Shown: piece by piece, positions 53,078 to 64,000 of the stretch | Position numbering within the stretch: the stretch's first letter is position 1 | Layout of the letters: each line of letters begins with the position of its first letter | Assembly (NCBI GenBank): GCA_963782715.1 | Contig: CAWAKU010000022.1 | Location: 22,439-86,438, forward strand | Length of the DNA stretch: 64,000 nucleotides | Source of the DNA: an uncultured Chloroflexia bacterium | Lineage (GTDB): Bacteria > Chloroflexota > Limnocylindria > Limnocylindrales > CSP1-4 | Direction of reading: 5' to 3' | Made by a program: the position numbers and the translations under genes | Notes under the pieces: generated by a model | What the model was told of the DNA's origin: nothing | Database searches by the model: none | What the model saw: the letters and a program-made list of their open reading frames with translations, nothing else

Positions 53078-53532
53078 ATGGCGGAAGATCGGGTCGCCGA
53101 CGGCGCACCTAGCCCTCGTCGGCGGCACGCCCATCGAACGCGACCCGGAGCTGCTCGCGATCGACCGGATCAGCGTCCATCCGTGGGCGTCGGACATCGG
53201 GCGTTCCACCGCGCCGCTGACATCTTCGTCCTGCCGTCACACGCGGAAGGCATGTCGAATGCCCTGCTCGAGGCCATGGCTGTCGGCCTACCACCGATCG
53301 CGACCCGTGTGGGCGCCGCGGAATCGATGATCGAAGATGGCGTGAGCGGGATCCTGGTCGATGTCGGCGATCGAGATGCCATGGAAGATTTCTTCAACGA
53401 CTTATCGATGATGTCGGGTTGCGACGCCGATTGGGTTCCGCAGCCGCTGCGTCTGTCCGAGCGCGATACGGCATATCGACCGTCGTGGACACGATCGAAC
53501 GTTCATATCGCGAGATCGTCGGCCCGCGATGA
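53078..53532 (+). pseudogene. C-terminal fragment of a GT4 glycosyltransferase
   Basis: ADIFVLPSHAEGMSNALLEAMAVGLP; no recognisable N-terminus; frameshifted. Confidence 0.6.
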
Positions 53533-54933
53533 TCGGCTCCACGGCGGGCACGTGGTTGAACTATGGAACGACCGTCGCCTTCCAGATCCTGTTCGCACGC
53601 GCGTTGGGACCGGCGCTCAGGCTTCGGCATTCTTCATCGCCTTGGTCACCGCGATCTCGCTGGGCAGCATCCTTTCAGGCACCGTGCACGTGATCGCCTT
53701 GCCGCGCCTTACAACGACCGATGGCGGGCTGCACCGAGGGCCACTCAAACTGATGGCAGGCGCCGGGATCATTGCCGCCATCCTCGCCGTAGTCACGATC
53801 GTCTTCGCCGATCGCCTCACGTTCGTCATCAGTGGCGGCCAGGATGAGACGGCGAACCTGATAAGAGCGGCTGGCGCATTCTTGGTAGCTCGCGTTGTCG
53901 CCTCGCTCGTCGCGACAGTGGCCCTCGCTCGTGACCATCGGTTCGCACCGGCGGCTGCTCCGTCCGTCCCGTCGATCGTAGCGGCTGCCTATCTCATCGC
54001 CTCACCTGCGACCGCGAGCGCGAGTTCTACCCTGGGTTTCCTAGCGTTGGGCTCCGTCGCTGAAATCGCCATCCTTGCGTTGTTGGTGGCCGGACGAATT
54101 CGAACCGTCCCTGGGGGTCTTGGCGAGGTTCGGGTCCTCACGCTCGCCACGATGGCGCAACTCGGCCTGCTCGTTGCGCTCGCTGCCGCTCCAGCGCATC
54201 ATGTCGAACGTGGATTCGGTACCTGGTGCTGCGACAGCCCAATACGGCTTGCAAGGGCTACAGGTCGGGCAGCAGTTGCTCGTCGGCGGGCTCGCCGTGG
54301 CAGCATTCGCCGACTGGAGTCGATTGACGAGTCGCATGGAGATCGGGGCGAAGCTTGCGCGGACCACCGCGGGCGCGGGCTTGCTCCTCGTCTTCGCTGG
54401 TGCGATGGGGGCGGTCGCCGCGCCGACGATCGTTCGAGTTCTGTTTCAGCGGGGCAGTTTCAGCGCGAGCGACACACAGGCTGTGGTAACCGATCATTCG
54501 ACTCGGTGTGGTCGGATTTCTGGCTGCGGGCACGGCGCTGATACTCGCGCAGGGCCTGGTCGCCGGCCGACACAACTGGTTGGCGATTCGCGTGAGTGCC
54601 TTTCGGTTCGTCGTTACCGCGACACTGACGATCGTGGGCGGCGTAGTGGCGGGCGCAAATGGGGTTGCGGTGGCCTTCTCGCTGGGCGCTGTCGCCACCC
54701 TTGCCCTCATCTGGCCAGTGACATTCCGACAGGTCACCGTGCCTGAAGATGGACACCGACTTCTTCGACGCGCCGCGGCCGGCGGAGCGGGGATAGCGCT
54801 CGCCACCATGGTCGTGACTCTGCTGCTGATGCCGACGTGGCCTGATCTAGTGCAAGCGACCGTCGTCCTCGGTGCGTCAGCCCTGATAGTCATCGCCCTT
54901 CGCTTGCCTGTACGCGCGTGGCGAACTGTATGA
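53529..54933 (+). CDS. MurJ/MviN-like flippase; frameshifted
   Basis: Hydrophobic fragments; PTIVRVLFQRGSFSASDT is a MurJ-like signature. Confidence 0.7.
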
Positions 54934-54970
54934 CAGCGTTGACACGACGCATCGCCGGGGACGCGTACTG

Positions 54971-56849
54971 ATGTGCGGCATCGTCGCGCTGGTAGGCAAC
55001 GGTGATGGCTTCACCGAGCCCATCCACACGATGACGACCACCATCGTCCACCGCGGGCCCGACGAGGACGGGTTTGCGATCCTGCCAGAGGACGGTGTCG
55101 CCCTGGGGATGCGCCGCCTCAGCGTCCTGGACATCGAGGGCGGCACGCAGCCGATGTGGGACGAGGCGCGCCGCCACGTCGTCGTCTACAACGGCGAAAT
55201 CTACAACTTCAAGGACATTCGCGACGACCTGGTCGCGCGGGGCCACCGTTTCACCACACACTCCGACACGGAGGTGATCGTCCACGGCTACGAAGAATGG
55301 GGAGAGGCGGTACTCGGCCGCTTGAATGGCATGTTCGCCATCGCGCTGTGGGACGAGCGCGAGGACGTCCTCGGATTGCGCGCGATCGCGTCGGCGTGAA
55401 GCCCTTGTACGATTTCGTCGACGGCCGCCGCCTGGTGTTTGCCTCCGAGATCAAAGCCATCCTCGCGCATCCCGATATCGTTCGCGACGTTGATCCGAAG
55501 GGACTCCTCAACTACCTGGCGTACGGACACGCCGTCGCTCCAGACACGATGTACCGCGGTATTCGGAAACTGTTGCCGGGACATTCGATGCGTGTGCGCG
55601 GGAAGGACATTGCCGTCCGCCAGTGGTGGGACGTTATGCCCGCTGCGCAGACGATGCTTTCCGAAGAAGAATGCGCGCGCGAAGTGCGGCGGTTGCTCGA
55701 GGACAGCGTTCGCCTGCGGCTCATCTCCGACGTGCCTCTCGGCGCCTTCCTGAGCGGCGGGCTCGACTCGAGCGCGATCGGCTATTACATGACAAAGGCG
55801 GCCACCCGCACGAAGGCCTTTTCGATCGGCTTCGAGGATCCCAGGTTCGATGAGTCGGACTACGCGCGGTTGGTGGCGCGGCACCTCGGCGTGGACCACC
55901 ACCTGGAAGTCTTCTCGGAGGATCGGGTCAAGGCGCTGGTGCCAAAGATCCCGGAACTACTCGACGAACCGATGGGCGACCAGTCGATCTTTCCAACGTA
56001 CCTGTTGAGCACCGTCGCCCGAGAAGGTGTCACGGTCGCCCTGGCGGCGATGGCAGTGACGAACTACTGATGGGCTACAAGACCTACCAGGCGCTCAAGC
56101 TGATCTGGCAGGTCGACCGACTCCCCCGCTCCGTCCGCTCCATCCTGGCTCGAACAGCTCGCCGCGAGCCGATCCCCGGCATCACGCCTCGCGCCTGGCG
56201 CCTTTTCGCGGGACTGGACGACATTCCCAGTCATCGGCTCCTGCGGCGGCTAGGCTCATTCCATGGCGAGGCACGTTCCGTGCTTGCCCGGCCCGTTCGC
56301 CGCCAACTGCCGCCATCGGCGTTCAGTGACGTCGATGAGTCGTTCGGGCTGGATCGCCTTTCGGTATCAGGGTCGGCAGAGGAAACGATCGCCGCATACG
56401 TCCGCGGCTACCTTCAGGACGACATCCTGGTCAAGGTGGACCGCGCGAGCATGGCCACGTCGCTAGAAGTGCGTGCCCCCTTCCTAGACCCCGATCTGAT
56501 CGACTTCCTCTCCACTGTTCCCGCCTCGCTCAAACTTCGAGGTTGGACGCGCAAGCATCTGCTTCGAGAGACGATGCGAGGGCGGTTGCCGGACCGGGTC
56601 ATCGACCGCCCCAAGCGGGGCTTCGGCGTACCGCTCAACGACTGGCTGCGCGGATCACTTGCGCCATTGGTCAAGGAACGACTGGCGCCGGGCCGGCTCG
56701 AAGAGGGCGGGTACTTCGATCCGCACGAGGTCTCAAGACTCGTCGAGACGCAGATGGCGGGCAGTCGTGACGAGGGACAGAAGATCTGGCTGCTCCTGCA
56801 ATTCGAGCTGTGGCGCGACTGCTGGCAGATCCCGGGTTTCGAACAGTGA
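54971..56849 (+). CDS. asnB: Asparagine synthase (glutamine-hydrolysing)-type amidotransferase; frameshifted
   Basis: MCGI, HRGPD, NGEIYN, SDTEV, LSGGLDSS, KVDRASMATSLEVRAPFLD. Confidence 0.9.
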
Positions 56850-57991
56850 CGGGCCGGTCTCCTCGATCCCTGAGGATCCTGCATATCGTGACTCGTCACC
56901 AGCACGGTGGGTGCGAGAAGAATGTCCTGCACACGATCGATTGGGAACGACGGGCCGGCCACGAGGTGCACATCGCCGTCGGGGTCCAAAGCGACAGAAG
57001 CGACCTTCCAACCGACCTCACCGTCCACGTCGTCCCGCACTTCGTGCGCGAGGTTCGCCCCGATCTCGACCTGCTGGCACTTCGCCAGCTTCGCCACCTC
57101 ATCCAGGCGGGCCGCTATGACATCGTCCACACTCATCAATCGAAGGCGGGATCCCTCGGTCGACTGGCATCCAAAGGCGGCAGGCGGCAGCTCGTCCACA
57201 CGGTGCATATGTCGTCGTTCGGCCAGGCGTACGGGGCGATCCCATCGCAGCTCTATCTCCTGGCGGAGCGGGATTGCGCCCGGACCACGGATCGGGATTT
57301 AGCATCCACCGTCGGCGTAGGACTTCGAGAGGACTACCTGGCGGCGGGGGTTGGGCGCCCGACCAGTACACGGTGACATCCGCTCGCCGATCAAGATCCG
57401 ATTTGTTCCTCTCGGTCCGCGACATCGGCCTGGGCGACGTCCACAACCTTCGCGATTCGTTCCGTCTGCCGGTCGGGCACGCCCGTCCTCGCCGCGATCG
57501 GGCGCTCGAGAAGCGGAAGCGCGTCGACGCTGATCCAGGAGTTGAGTCCGGTCTGAAATGGCGAGGTCGTCCTGGCCGTCGCCGGCGACGGCCCGTGAAC
57601 GAGCTGCCCTGGAACGTCTCGCGGCGACCCTCGGAGTGGCGGACGCCGTTCGATGGCTCGGCTATCTGGATGACCCATCGCGGCTGCTCGCTGCGTCCGA
57701 CCAATTCGTCCATGCCGGACGAGCGGAGGGCGTCTCGCAGGTCGTCGTACAGGCACTGGCGTCCGGCCGTCCCGTCGTCGCCACGCTATCAGTCGGGCTT
57801 CAGGAGGTGGACGGGGCTCAGGTTCGCATCGTCCCGTGGTCCGGCGAAGGGCTGTGGGAGGCTCTCTGCTTCGACGCTCGTCGCGCCACCGACGCCTCCC
57901 GCGCCGTCTGCCTTCGACGCCTGGTCGCCGGCAGCCGTCGACGAGCGATTGGCGCGTTCGCATGCAGATCTCGCCGGGCCGGTCCGGATGA
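56846..57991 (+). CDS. GT4 glycosyltransferase; frameshifted
   Basis: ILHIVTR...GGCEKN, VHTHQSKAG, EGVSQVVVQALASGRPVV. Confidence 0.75.
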
Positions 57992-58949
57992 GTCCGAGCC
58001 GGCGCTCCGCGCCGACGGCCGTCGATGCGGCAATCGGTTCGGCTCGACTACTGGCGAGGAAGGTAACTCGCCGCGTCAAACGGACGGGCGGCAGCGGCTC
58101 CGCCCGCTATTGCTACTCGGTGTGGCTCCGCCACCTCGTGAAGGCGGCCGAGGCCGGGTTACCGACGGAACTTCGATCGATCGTGGAGCTGGGACCGGGG
58201 GACTCGATCGGCGTCGGGCTTGCCTCGCTGCTGACAGGCGCGGAGGAGTACGTCGCGCTCGATCAGGTGGCGTTCGCCCGAAGCCAGTCGAACATCGCGG
58301 TCTTCGACGGCCTCGTGGAGCTGCTCCACCAACGAAGCCCCATCCCGGACAACCTCGAGTTCCCGGAAATCCGGCCACGCCTCGCCGACTACAGCTTTCC
58401 GGCGGAGGTCCTCTCCGACACACGGCTGACGCCCGCGCTCGACCTGTTCCGGGTCGCTCGACTGCGCCGCGCGATAACGGGAAACTGACGGCTGCATCCG
58501 ATACGTCGCACCTTGGGACGACTCGTCGGTCCTGCCAGCACGCGAGTGCTGATCTGATCATCTCGCAGGCAGTCTTGGAACACGTTGCTGATGTCAATGC
58601 GACCTATTTCGCGATGGCCCGCTGGCTACGACCGGGCGGATATCTCTCCCATCAGATTGACTTCCGATCTCATCACACGTCGACCAGTTGGAACGGACAC
58701 TGGACCTACTCGGAACGCCAGTGGCGACTAGTGGCAGGTCGCCCACGGATGATCAATCGGCAACCGTTATCGGCGCATCTTGCTGCCATGGAGCGAACCG
58801 GATTCCGCGTTCTCTCATTGGACCTGGAAGGCGACACGCCAGGCATCGGCCGCAAACAGCTGCACCGTGATTGGCGATGGCTTGGCGATGAGGATCTTCA
58901 GACCTGCAGCGCTTTCATCCAGGCAGGACCAGGGACCGAGCAGCCGTGA
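57988..58949 (+). CDS. SAM-dependent methyltransferase; frameshifted
   Basis: VELGPGDS, SQAVLEHV, LRPGG. Confidence 0.75.
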
Positions 58950-59908
58950 GACAAATCGGGCGTTCGCGGAATGAAGTCGCGGTCGTTGGAGCTTCGAGTG
59001 CGACTTCGGCGGGTGGGCCATGCCCGATGTGCAACAACGTTTCGCGCGAACTCGTATCGACCGTGGCGTTTTCAACGATCTGGCGAACGCTCGAGTCCGT
59101 TTATGCAGTCCGTTTCGCGCCAGATATCGTCGAACGCCACACCCCGGATGGTCGGGCGCAGCTCTGGCAATGCATAACCTGCGGACTCCAGTACTTCTCC
59201 CCCGCGGTGGCAGGTGACAGCGACTTCTGGGGAACCTTGATGCGCACAGAGGAGCACTTCTACCACGAGGACAAGCCCGAGTTTCAAGTCGTATTGGATC
59301 TGATCCGTCCAGGGATGCGAGTCCTTGATGTCGGATGCGGTTTGGGAACTTTCGTCGCCGCGGCATCCCGCGTCGGTGCTGTCTCAATCGGCCTGGAGCA
59401 GAACGAGACGGCGGCCACTGATGCTCGACGACGAGGCATCGATGTCCGAACCGAGTCAGTGCAACGGTTCGCTCTCGGGCATGCCGGTGGATTCGACGTC
59501 GTCACGATGTTCCAGGTCGTCGAACATGTGCAACCGATCATTCCCTTCGTCTCGGCGGCATTTGCGTGTGTTAAGCCCGGAGGACTGCTCGTGATGAGCG
59601 TTCCGTATCTTGGCCGCCTCCGTCCAGCGAGCTTCGAAGTCCTAGATCACCCGCCCCATCACATCTCCAGATGGGATGCGACACCATTCCATTGGCTGGC
59701 ATCGCGGCTCGGGGCGAGGGTGACCTTGGCATTCGACCGATTGAGCGAGCGAGACGCTCTCGATATTCGAATGTGTGGAGTCTTTGCCGCTGAACGCGGA
59801 GTAAGACTGCGCGTTCGAAACGCCTTGGTGAAGGTGGGACTGGCCTCACCGTCTTTTCGCCCCTCGGCTCGCCAATCCGCAACCGAATGCGACAACGAGG
59901 TTGGCTAG
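58946..59908 (+). CDS. Class I SAM-dependent methyltransferase with Zn-ribbon
   Basis: CPMC...CITC, VLDVGCGLG, FQVVEHV, KPGG. Confidence 0.85.
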   Translation: MRQIGRSRNEVAVVGASSATSAGGPCPMCNNVSRELVSTVAFSTIWRTLESVYAVRFAPDIVERHTPDGRAQLWQCITCGLQYFSPAVAGDSDFWGTLMRTEEHFYHEDKPEFQVVLDLIRPGMRVLDVGCGLGTFVAAASRVGAVSIGLEQNETAATDARRRGIDVRTESVQRFALGHAGGFDVVTMFQVVEHVQPIIPFVSAAFACVKPGGLLVMSVPYLGRLRPASFEVLDHPPHHISRWDATPFHWLASRLGARVTLAFDRLSERDALDIRMCGVFAAERGVRLRVRNALVKVGLASPSFRPSARQSATECDNEVG

Positions 59909-59994
59909 ATGGGTACGGCCACACGCTTATCGCGACGATTCAGAAACCAATTACCGCAGGTGAGGCGGCCGACGGTTAGCAGAGGCACTCGCGT

Positions 59995-60945
59995 CTAGTT
60001 GTCGTTCTCCTCGACCTTGTTGACGAGGACCGACAGCGGCGTCTGGCCATCGAGCCCGGCGTGGGGACGGCGTCGATTGTAGGCATCGACCCAGCCGGGC
60101 AGCGTGGCCAGGCGCTCCTCGTTCGACCGGAAGAGGCGGGCGTAGGCCCACTCGCGCTGGATCGTCCCGATGAACCGCTCGGCCTTGCCGTTGGTCTGCG
60201 GCCGTCGCGGCCGGGTCCGAACGTGACGGATGCCGAGGTCGGCGAAGCAGCGCGGCGACGGCTTCGAGTGGGTGTAGGTCCAGGCGTTGTCGGTCATCAC
60301 CCGCTCGACCCGGACACCCTGGTCGGCGAAGAAGGCGACGGCCTCCGCGATGAAGCTGACGGTGCTCGCCGCCAGTTCGTCGGGCCGGACCGCGACGTAG
60401 GCGACCCGGCTGGCATCGTCGATCGCGACGTGGAGGTAGTCGTAGCCGACCCGCGTCCTTGCGCGCCTCGTCACCGAGGATCCGGTGACCGCCGCCGGGT
60501 GGTACCCGCCCGAGGCGCTTCACGTCGACGTGGATCAGCTCACCCGGGCACTCGCGGACATAGCGGACCGGGAAGCCCGGTCAGCCGATCGGCGTGCGCG
60601 AGGCGGCTCACACCGTGCCGACGCAGGACGCCGTACACGGTCGAGCGGGAGTGGCCGAGGAGCGGACCCAGGCGATGCGGACCGACGCGCAGGCGACGGC
60701 GCGCGACCAGGATCCGGCGGACCTCGCGCTCGGGCAGTGCCCGTGGCCGATGGTGCGGTCGGGCCGAGCGGTCCTCGAGCCCGGCCGCGCCTTCGGTCCG
60801 ATAGCGGCGCAGCCACTTGTACGCGGTCGCCCGGCTGACCCCGAGCATCTCGGCCGCGGTTGCCGGCCGGCCAGCCCTCGATCAGGACCCGATCGACCAG
60901 GAGCCGTCGGCCGAACGGCGTCAGCTTGGCCGTACGATGGAGCAT
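59995..60945 (-). CDS. IS481 transposase; frameshifted
   Basis: HRTAKLTPFGR, AIDDASR, MTDN, PQTNGKAERF, YNRRRPH. Confidence 0.88.
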
Positions 60946-61032
60946 GAGAGCCCTCCGTCGGAATGGAGCTTCGACAACCCCATACCGAGCACGAGGGCTC
61001 TCAACTTGTCAACAACGTGAGTGGGAACGACA
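60000..61032 (-). mobile_element. IS481-family insertion sequence
   Basis: TGT...ACA ends; imperfect IRs TGTCGTTC...TTGTTGAC; flanks TCTAGT and TCTATT (6-bp target duplication, one mismatch). Confidence 0.88.
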
Positions 61033-61103
61033 TCTATTGCCGCGGAGAAGGGTTGATGCCGTACGACCAAGCGTAGGCTCCGCGACGGACGCCGGCAGCT
61101 CGT

Positions 61104-61930
61104 CTATTCCAAAGTGACGGGAGCTTGGTGGCGGAACATGTAGACGTCGTTCGCGCCCTCACCGAGAGCGTCCTGCAAACGCTCCAGCACGAAGCCCTGC
61201 GGCCGAAGGCGGGCAATAACCTCACCGGGGCCAACCGGCTCGTACGGCAGCCCGCCGAGCCAATCCTCGATGTCGCGCCACCAGTCCATTCCGCGCTCCC
61301 GGCGATAGTGCCGGATGTACCAAGGTCACCGTGGAGGGCGGCCTGGCCACGAGCTCCGCTGCATACCGCCCCCGGAGTGCCTTCTGGACGATTGGACGCG
61401 AGCGGATATATCGGCGCTTCGAGCGCAAGGTCTTGGGGCTCCGATATGTCTTCGTGTACAACGCGATCCAAAGCCGACCGTCTGGCCGTACAAGGCGCGC
61501 AGCGTTGTCAATCGCGTGCCAGACGTCCCCCGTATGGTGCAGCACCCCCCACGAGACGACCACATCGAACGTGCCGAGGTCGTTGACGAGTTCATCATCG
61601 AGGATTGACCCCTTGCGGACGGTCCAACTGCCGGGCCTCCCTGCCTCGCCCCACAGTCGATGGGTCGCGGCGACCGACGCCTCGTCGACGTCGATGCTGG
61701 TCACATCAGCCCCCGACTCGAACGACACCAGTGATGTCAGACCCTGACCGGATCCGTATGTCGATGAGTCGGTAACCCGTGAGGTCCCTGCCCAGCCAGT
61801 CGCCGACGTACGCCGCCATGTTACGAACCGCCTGGGGCGGGATCGCATCGAGGTACTTCTGCCAGTTCTCGCCAAACGAGAACCTGGTCGGCTCTCGATC
61901 AGCCACTGGTTGGCTCCGTCGACGCGGCAC
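61104..61930 (-). CDS. UbiG-like class I methyltransferase; frameshifted
   Basis: RFSFGENW, SWGVLHHTG, DWLGGLPYE. Confidence 0.8.
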
Positions 61931-61963
61931 GTGGCCATCCGATGTCGGGCCCGCGAGGCGTTC

Positions 61964-62800
61964 TCACGGATCCCTCCACGAAGGGGTACCACAACAAGGG
62001 GTAATCGAACCACAAATCATGACCGATGGCGGCAACGCGTCCGTGTTCGACCACGTCATTAGGACGCAATGCGCCGAACGACTATGGTCAAGGTCGAGGC
62101 GCACCATCGACGAGTGGTGCGGGCGCCTTTGGCTGATGCGAATGATGGGGAGTAGGCCGAAACCCGAATAGAAAAGAGGACCGCCGTCAACACTTTCAAT
62201 GTCGAACCCGTTCTCTCGAAAGGTTCTCGTCCAACGGAAGGAGCTGTAATAGTAGACTTCGGCCAGCGCGCTCGAATACTCGCCGTGTGGCTCGCCGAGT
62301 GTCGCTCTCATTGCGAAACCCATTGCGCCGCCCTTCTCCTCGCAACGCGCTGCCGCGTCAGGTCCCCGGCTCGCGACTGTCGATGAGGGGAACCGATCGC
62401 GCAGCCAGACGGCATATCGCTCGACGTGAGTCACGCCTCTCCAGACCGGCGATGGCAGTACATGTACGGCAACGCCATTCGGCTTCAGGACCCGTTTGAT
62501 TTCAGCAAGGATCCCCGAGAGGTCTTCGATGTGTTCGAGAACGTTCGAAGAGAAGACAACGTCAAATGTGTCATCGCCGAACGGAATATTGGCTCCGTCA
62601 TATTGCTGCACCGGGAAGACGCAGGCGTCACCGGGTGCGATGTCTATCGAGGCAACATCACAGCCCCAGGACCTGAGCAGACTCGCCTGGTACCCGTTGC
62701 CGCCGCCCAACTCGAGTACGCGCTGACCAGACCTGAACCATCGCCTGACGGCATCGAGTTCAAGTCTCCGGATCAAACCAAATTGCGTGTCGTCGTACAC
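61964..62800 (-). CDS. Class I SAM-dependent methyltransferase; 3' end uncertain
   Basis: VLELGGGNG, FSSNVLEH, RVLKPNG. Confidence 0.8.
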   Translation of the reverse strand: MYDDTQFGLIRRLELDAVRRWFRSGQRVLELGGGNGYQASLLRSWGCDVASIDIAPGDACVFPVQQYDGANIPFGDDTFDVVFSSNVLEHIEDLSGILAEIKRVLKPNGVAVHVLPSPVWRGVTHVERYAVWLRDRFPSSTVASRGPDAAARCEEKGGAMGFAMRATLGEPHGEYSSALAEVYYYSSFRWTRTFRENGFDIESVDGGPLFYSGFGLLPIIRISQRRPHHSSMVRLDLDHSRSAHCVLMTWSNTDALPPSVMICGSITPCCGTPSWRDP

Positions 62801-62842
62801 CGCTCCTAGTCCCTAGACTTCGGTACGTAGTGGCTCAGATGG

Positions 62843-64000
62843 TTAACGGCCGCTACCACCAATCACCGCAGGGATCGTCCGAAGCATGATCTTCAGGTCG
62901 AGAAGGAGCGACCACGTGTCGATGTAGACCAGGTCGAGTTGTGCCCGCACATCGAAGTCGTCTGCCTGCCTGGCGCGCACTTGCCAGAGGCCAGTGATCC
63001 CTGGGCTCATCGAGAGGCGGCGACGATGCCAGACGTCGTACTCAGCGATCTCTTGCGGCAACGCCGGACGAGGGCCAACGAGGCTCATATCTCCGCGGAG
63101 CACGTTCCAGAGCTGCGGCAGCTCGTCGATGCTCGACGCTCTGAGAATGCGGCCCGAACGCGTGATTCGGGGGTCATTGCTGATCTTGAAGGCTGGGCCA
63201 CGCCTCTCGTTGAGAGCCTCCAGGTCCGACAGGCGGTGCTCGGCGTCCCGTTGCATCGTCCGGAATTTGTACATGGTGAATGGTCTTCCGTGGCGCCCGA
63301 TGCGCGTCTGCCTGAACAGAATCGGGCGACCCTCCAGGCGCCAGATCGCCGCCGCCACGGCGAGCATCAAAGGCCCGAGGACGACCAACCCGGCTGCGGC
63401 CAAGACGATGTCGACGCCGCGCTTCGCGATAAGTCCAAGCGTGCGGGGCGGGCCGGAGAGGGTCGAATGGACCAGCAGTCCGTCGAACTCCTCCGTGGAA
63501 CGTTCGGCTCCGATCATCTCGAGCGGCACAGTGGGGATTCGCACGACCTTGCCCTCTTCGGTGCACAAGCGTGTCGCTGCCTCGGCCAGGTCCCTCGATT
63601 CGACCGCCAGGCACATCCCGATCTCGTCGATCGGGCGCTGGTGGAGGATCTCGGCGATCTGATCGACCGCGCCAAGGATCGGCCGCGTCACGCTTGTCGG
63701 GTCCTCATCTGGCGCCACGAGGTGACCGACGACATGGATCCCCAGCGCGCGATGGGCCTCGACCTTGTCCGCGAAGGATTGGCCGACACTGTTGGCCCCG
63801 ACGATGAGCATGTAGCTGTGATTCCGGCCCCGACTACGAAAGTGGCTGAAAATCGGCGCATCGCCACTCGCGAGAGCGTGGTGAGCGTGGGCTGAGCGAC
63901 GAAAAGGACGACGAGGAAGAGTCGGCTGACATCCTCCCGCCTGATCACGAAGAGCAAGCTCAGCACGAATAGGGCCACGAAGACCGTCGCGCGGATGATG
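62843..64000 (-). CDS. Priming polyprenyl-phosphate sugar transferase (WcaJ/WbaP family); 5' partial
   Basis: KRGVDI, YKFRTM, DPRIT, DELPQLWNVLRGDMSLVGPRP, PGITGLWQV. Confidence 0.93.
   Translation of the reverse strand, partial: HHPRDGLRGPIRAELALRDQAGGCQPTLPRRPFRRSAHAHHALASGDAPIFSHFRSRGRNHSYMLIVGANSVGQSFADKVEAHRALGIHVVGHLVAPDEDPTSVTRPILGAVDQIAEILHQRPIDEIGMCLAVESRDLAEAATRLCTEEGKVVRIPTVPLEMIGAERSTEEFDGLLVHSTLSGPPRTLGLIAKRGVDIVLAAAGLVVLGPLMLAVAAAIWRLEGRPILFRQTRIGRHGRPFTMYKFRTMQRDAEHRLSDLEALNERRGPAFKISNDPRITRSGRILRASSIDELPQLWNVLRGDMSLVGPRPALPQEIAEYDVWHRRRLSMSPGITGLWQVRARQADDFDVRAQLDLVYIDTWSLLLDLKIMLRTIPAVIGGSGR

Noticed and set aside
5186-62800. Many frameshifts read as programmed recoding or mass pseudogenisation
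   Set aside because: They hit housekeeping-type genes too, lack slippery motifs and cluster by region. Sequencing indels are the simpler explanation, though reads are needed to confirm.

Overview
High-GC bacterial chromosomal window. Gene content and GAAC-N4-GTTC LexA boxes suggest a Chloroflexota or related Terrabacteria genome; this is inference. Many single-base indels break otherwise intact genes, probably long-read consensus errors. From left to right: a GNAT gene, hutH, DedA, an MFS gene and a rifampin ADP-ribosyltransferase (arr) behind a cyclodeaminase-folD-fhs one-carbon operon; dinB plus a small gene under two LexA boxes; rplI; a ~20 kb surface-glycan island; autoregulated lexA and dnaB. 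The glycan island encodes a LamG/PKD tandem-repeat protein, a flippase-NTase-kinase-APH fusion, several GT2s and a GH16-like protein. The best candidate for an undescribed system is at 37968-45191: a MalT/STAND-TPR-BTAD regulator, a promoter with a c-di-GMP-II-like riboswitch and overlapping terminator, an unannotated micropeptide ending LVLAGGASLRGF, a membrane-sensor HD-GYP phosphodiesterase, and a DUF5317-MFS fusion whose first domain shows an LspA-like Asp pair. I interpret this as a possible peptide-signalling cassette wired to c-di-GMP. The right end holds pcm, a PIG-L deacetylase, lipid-linked glycosylation genes, and a lower-GC polysaccharide island with an IS481 element.
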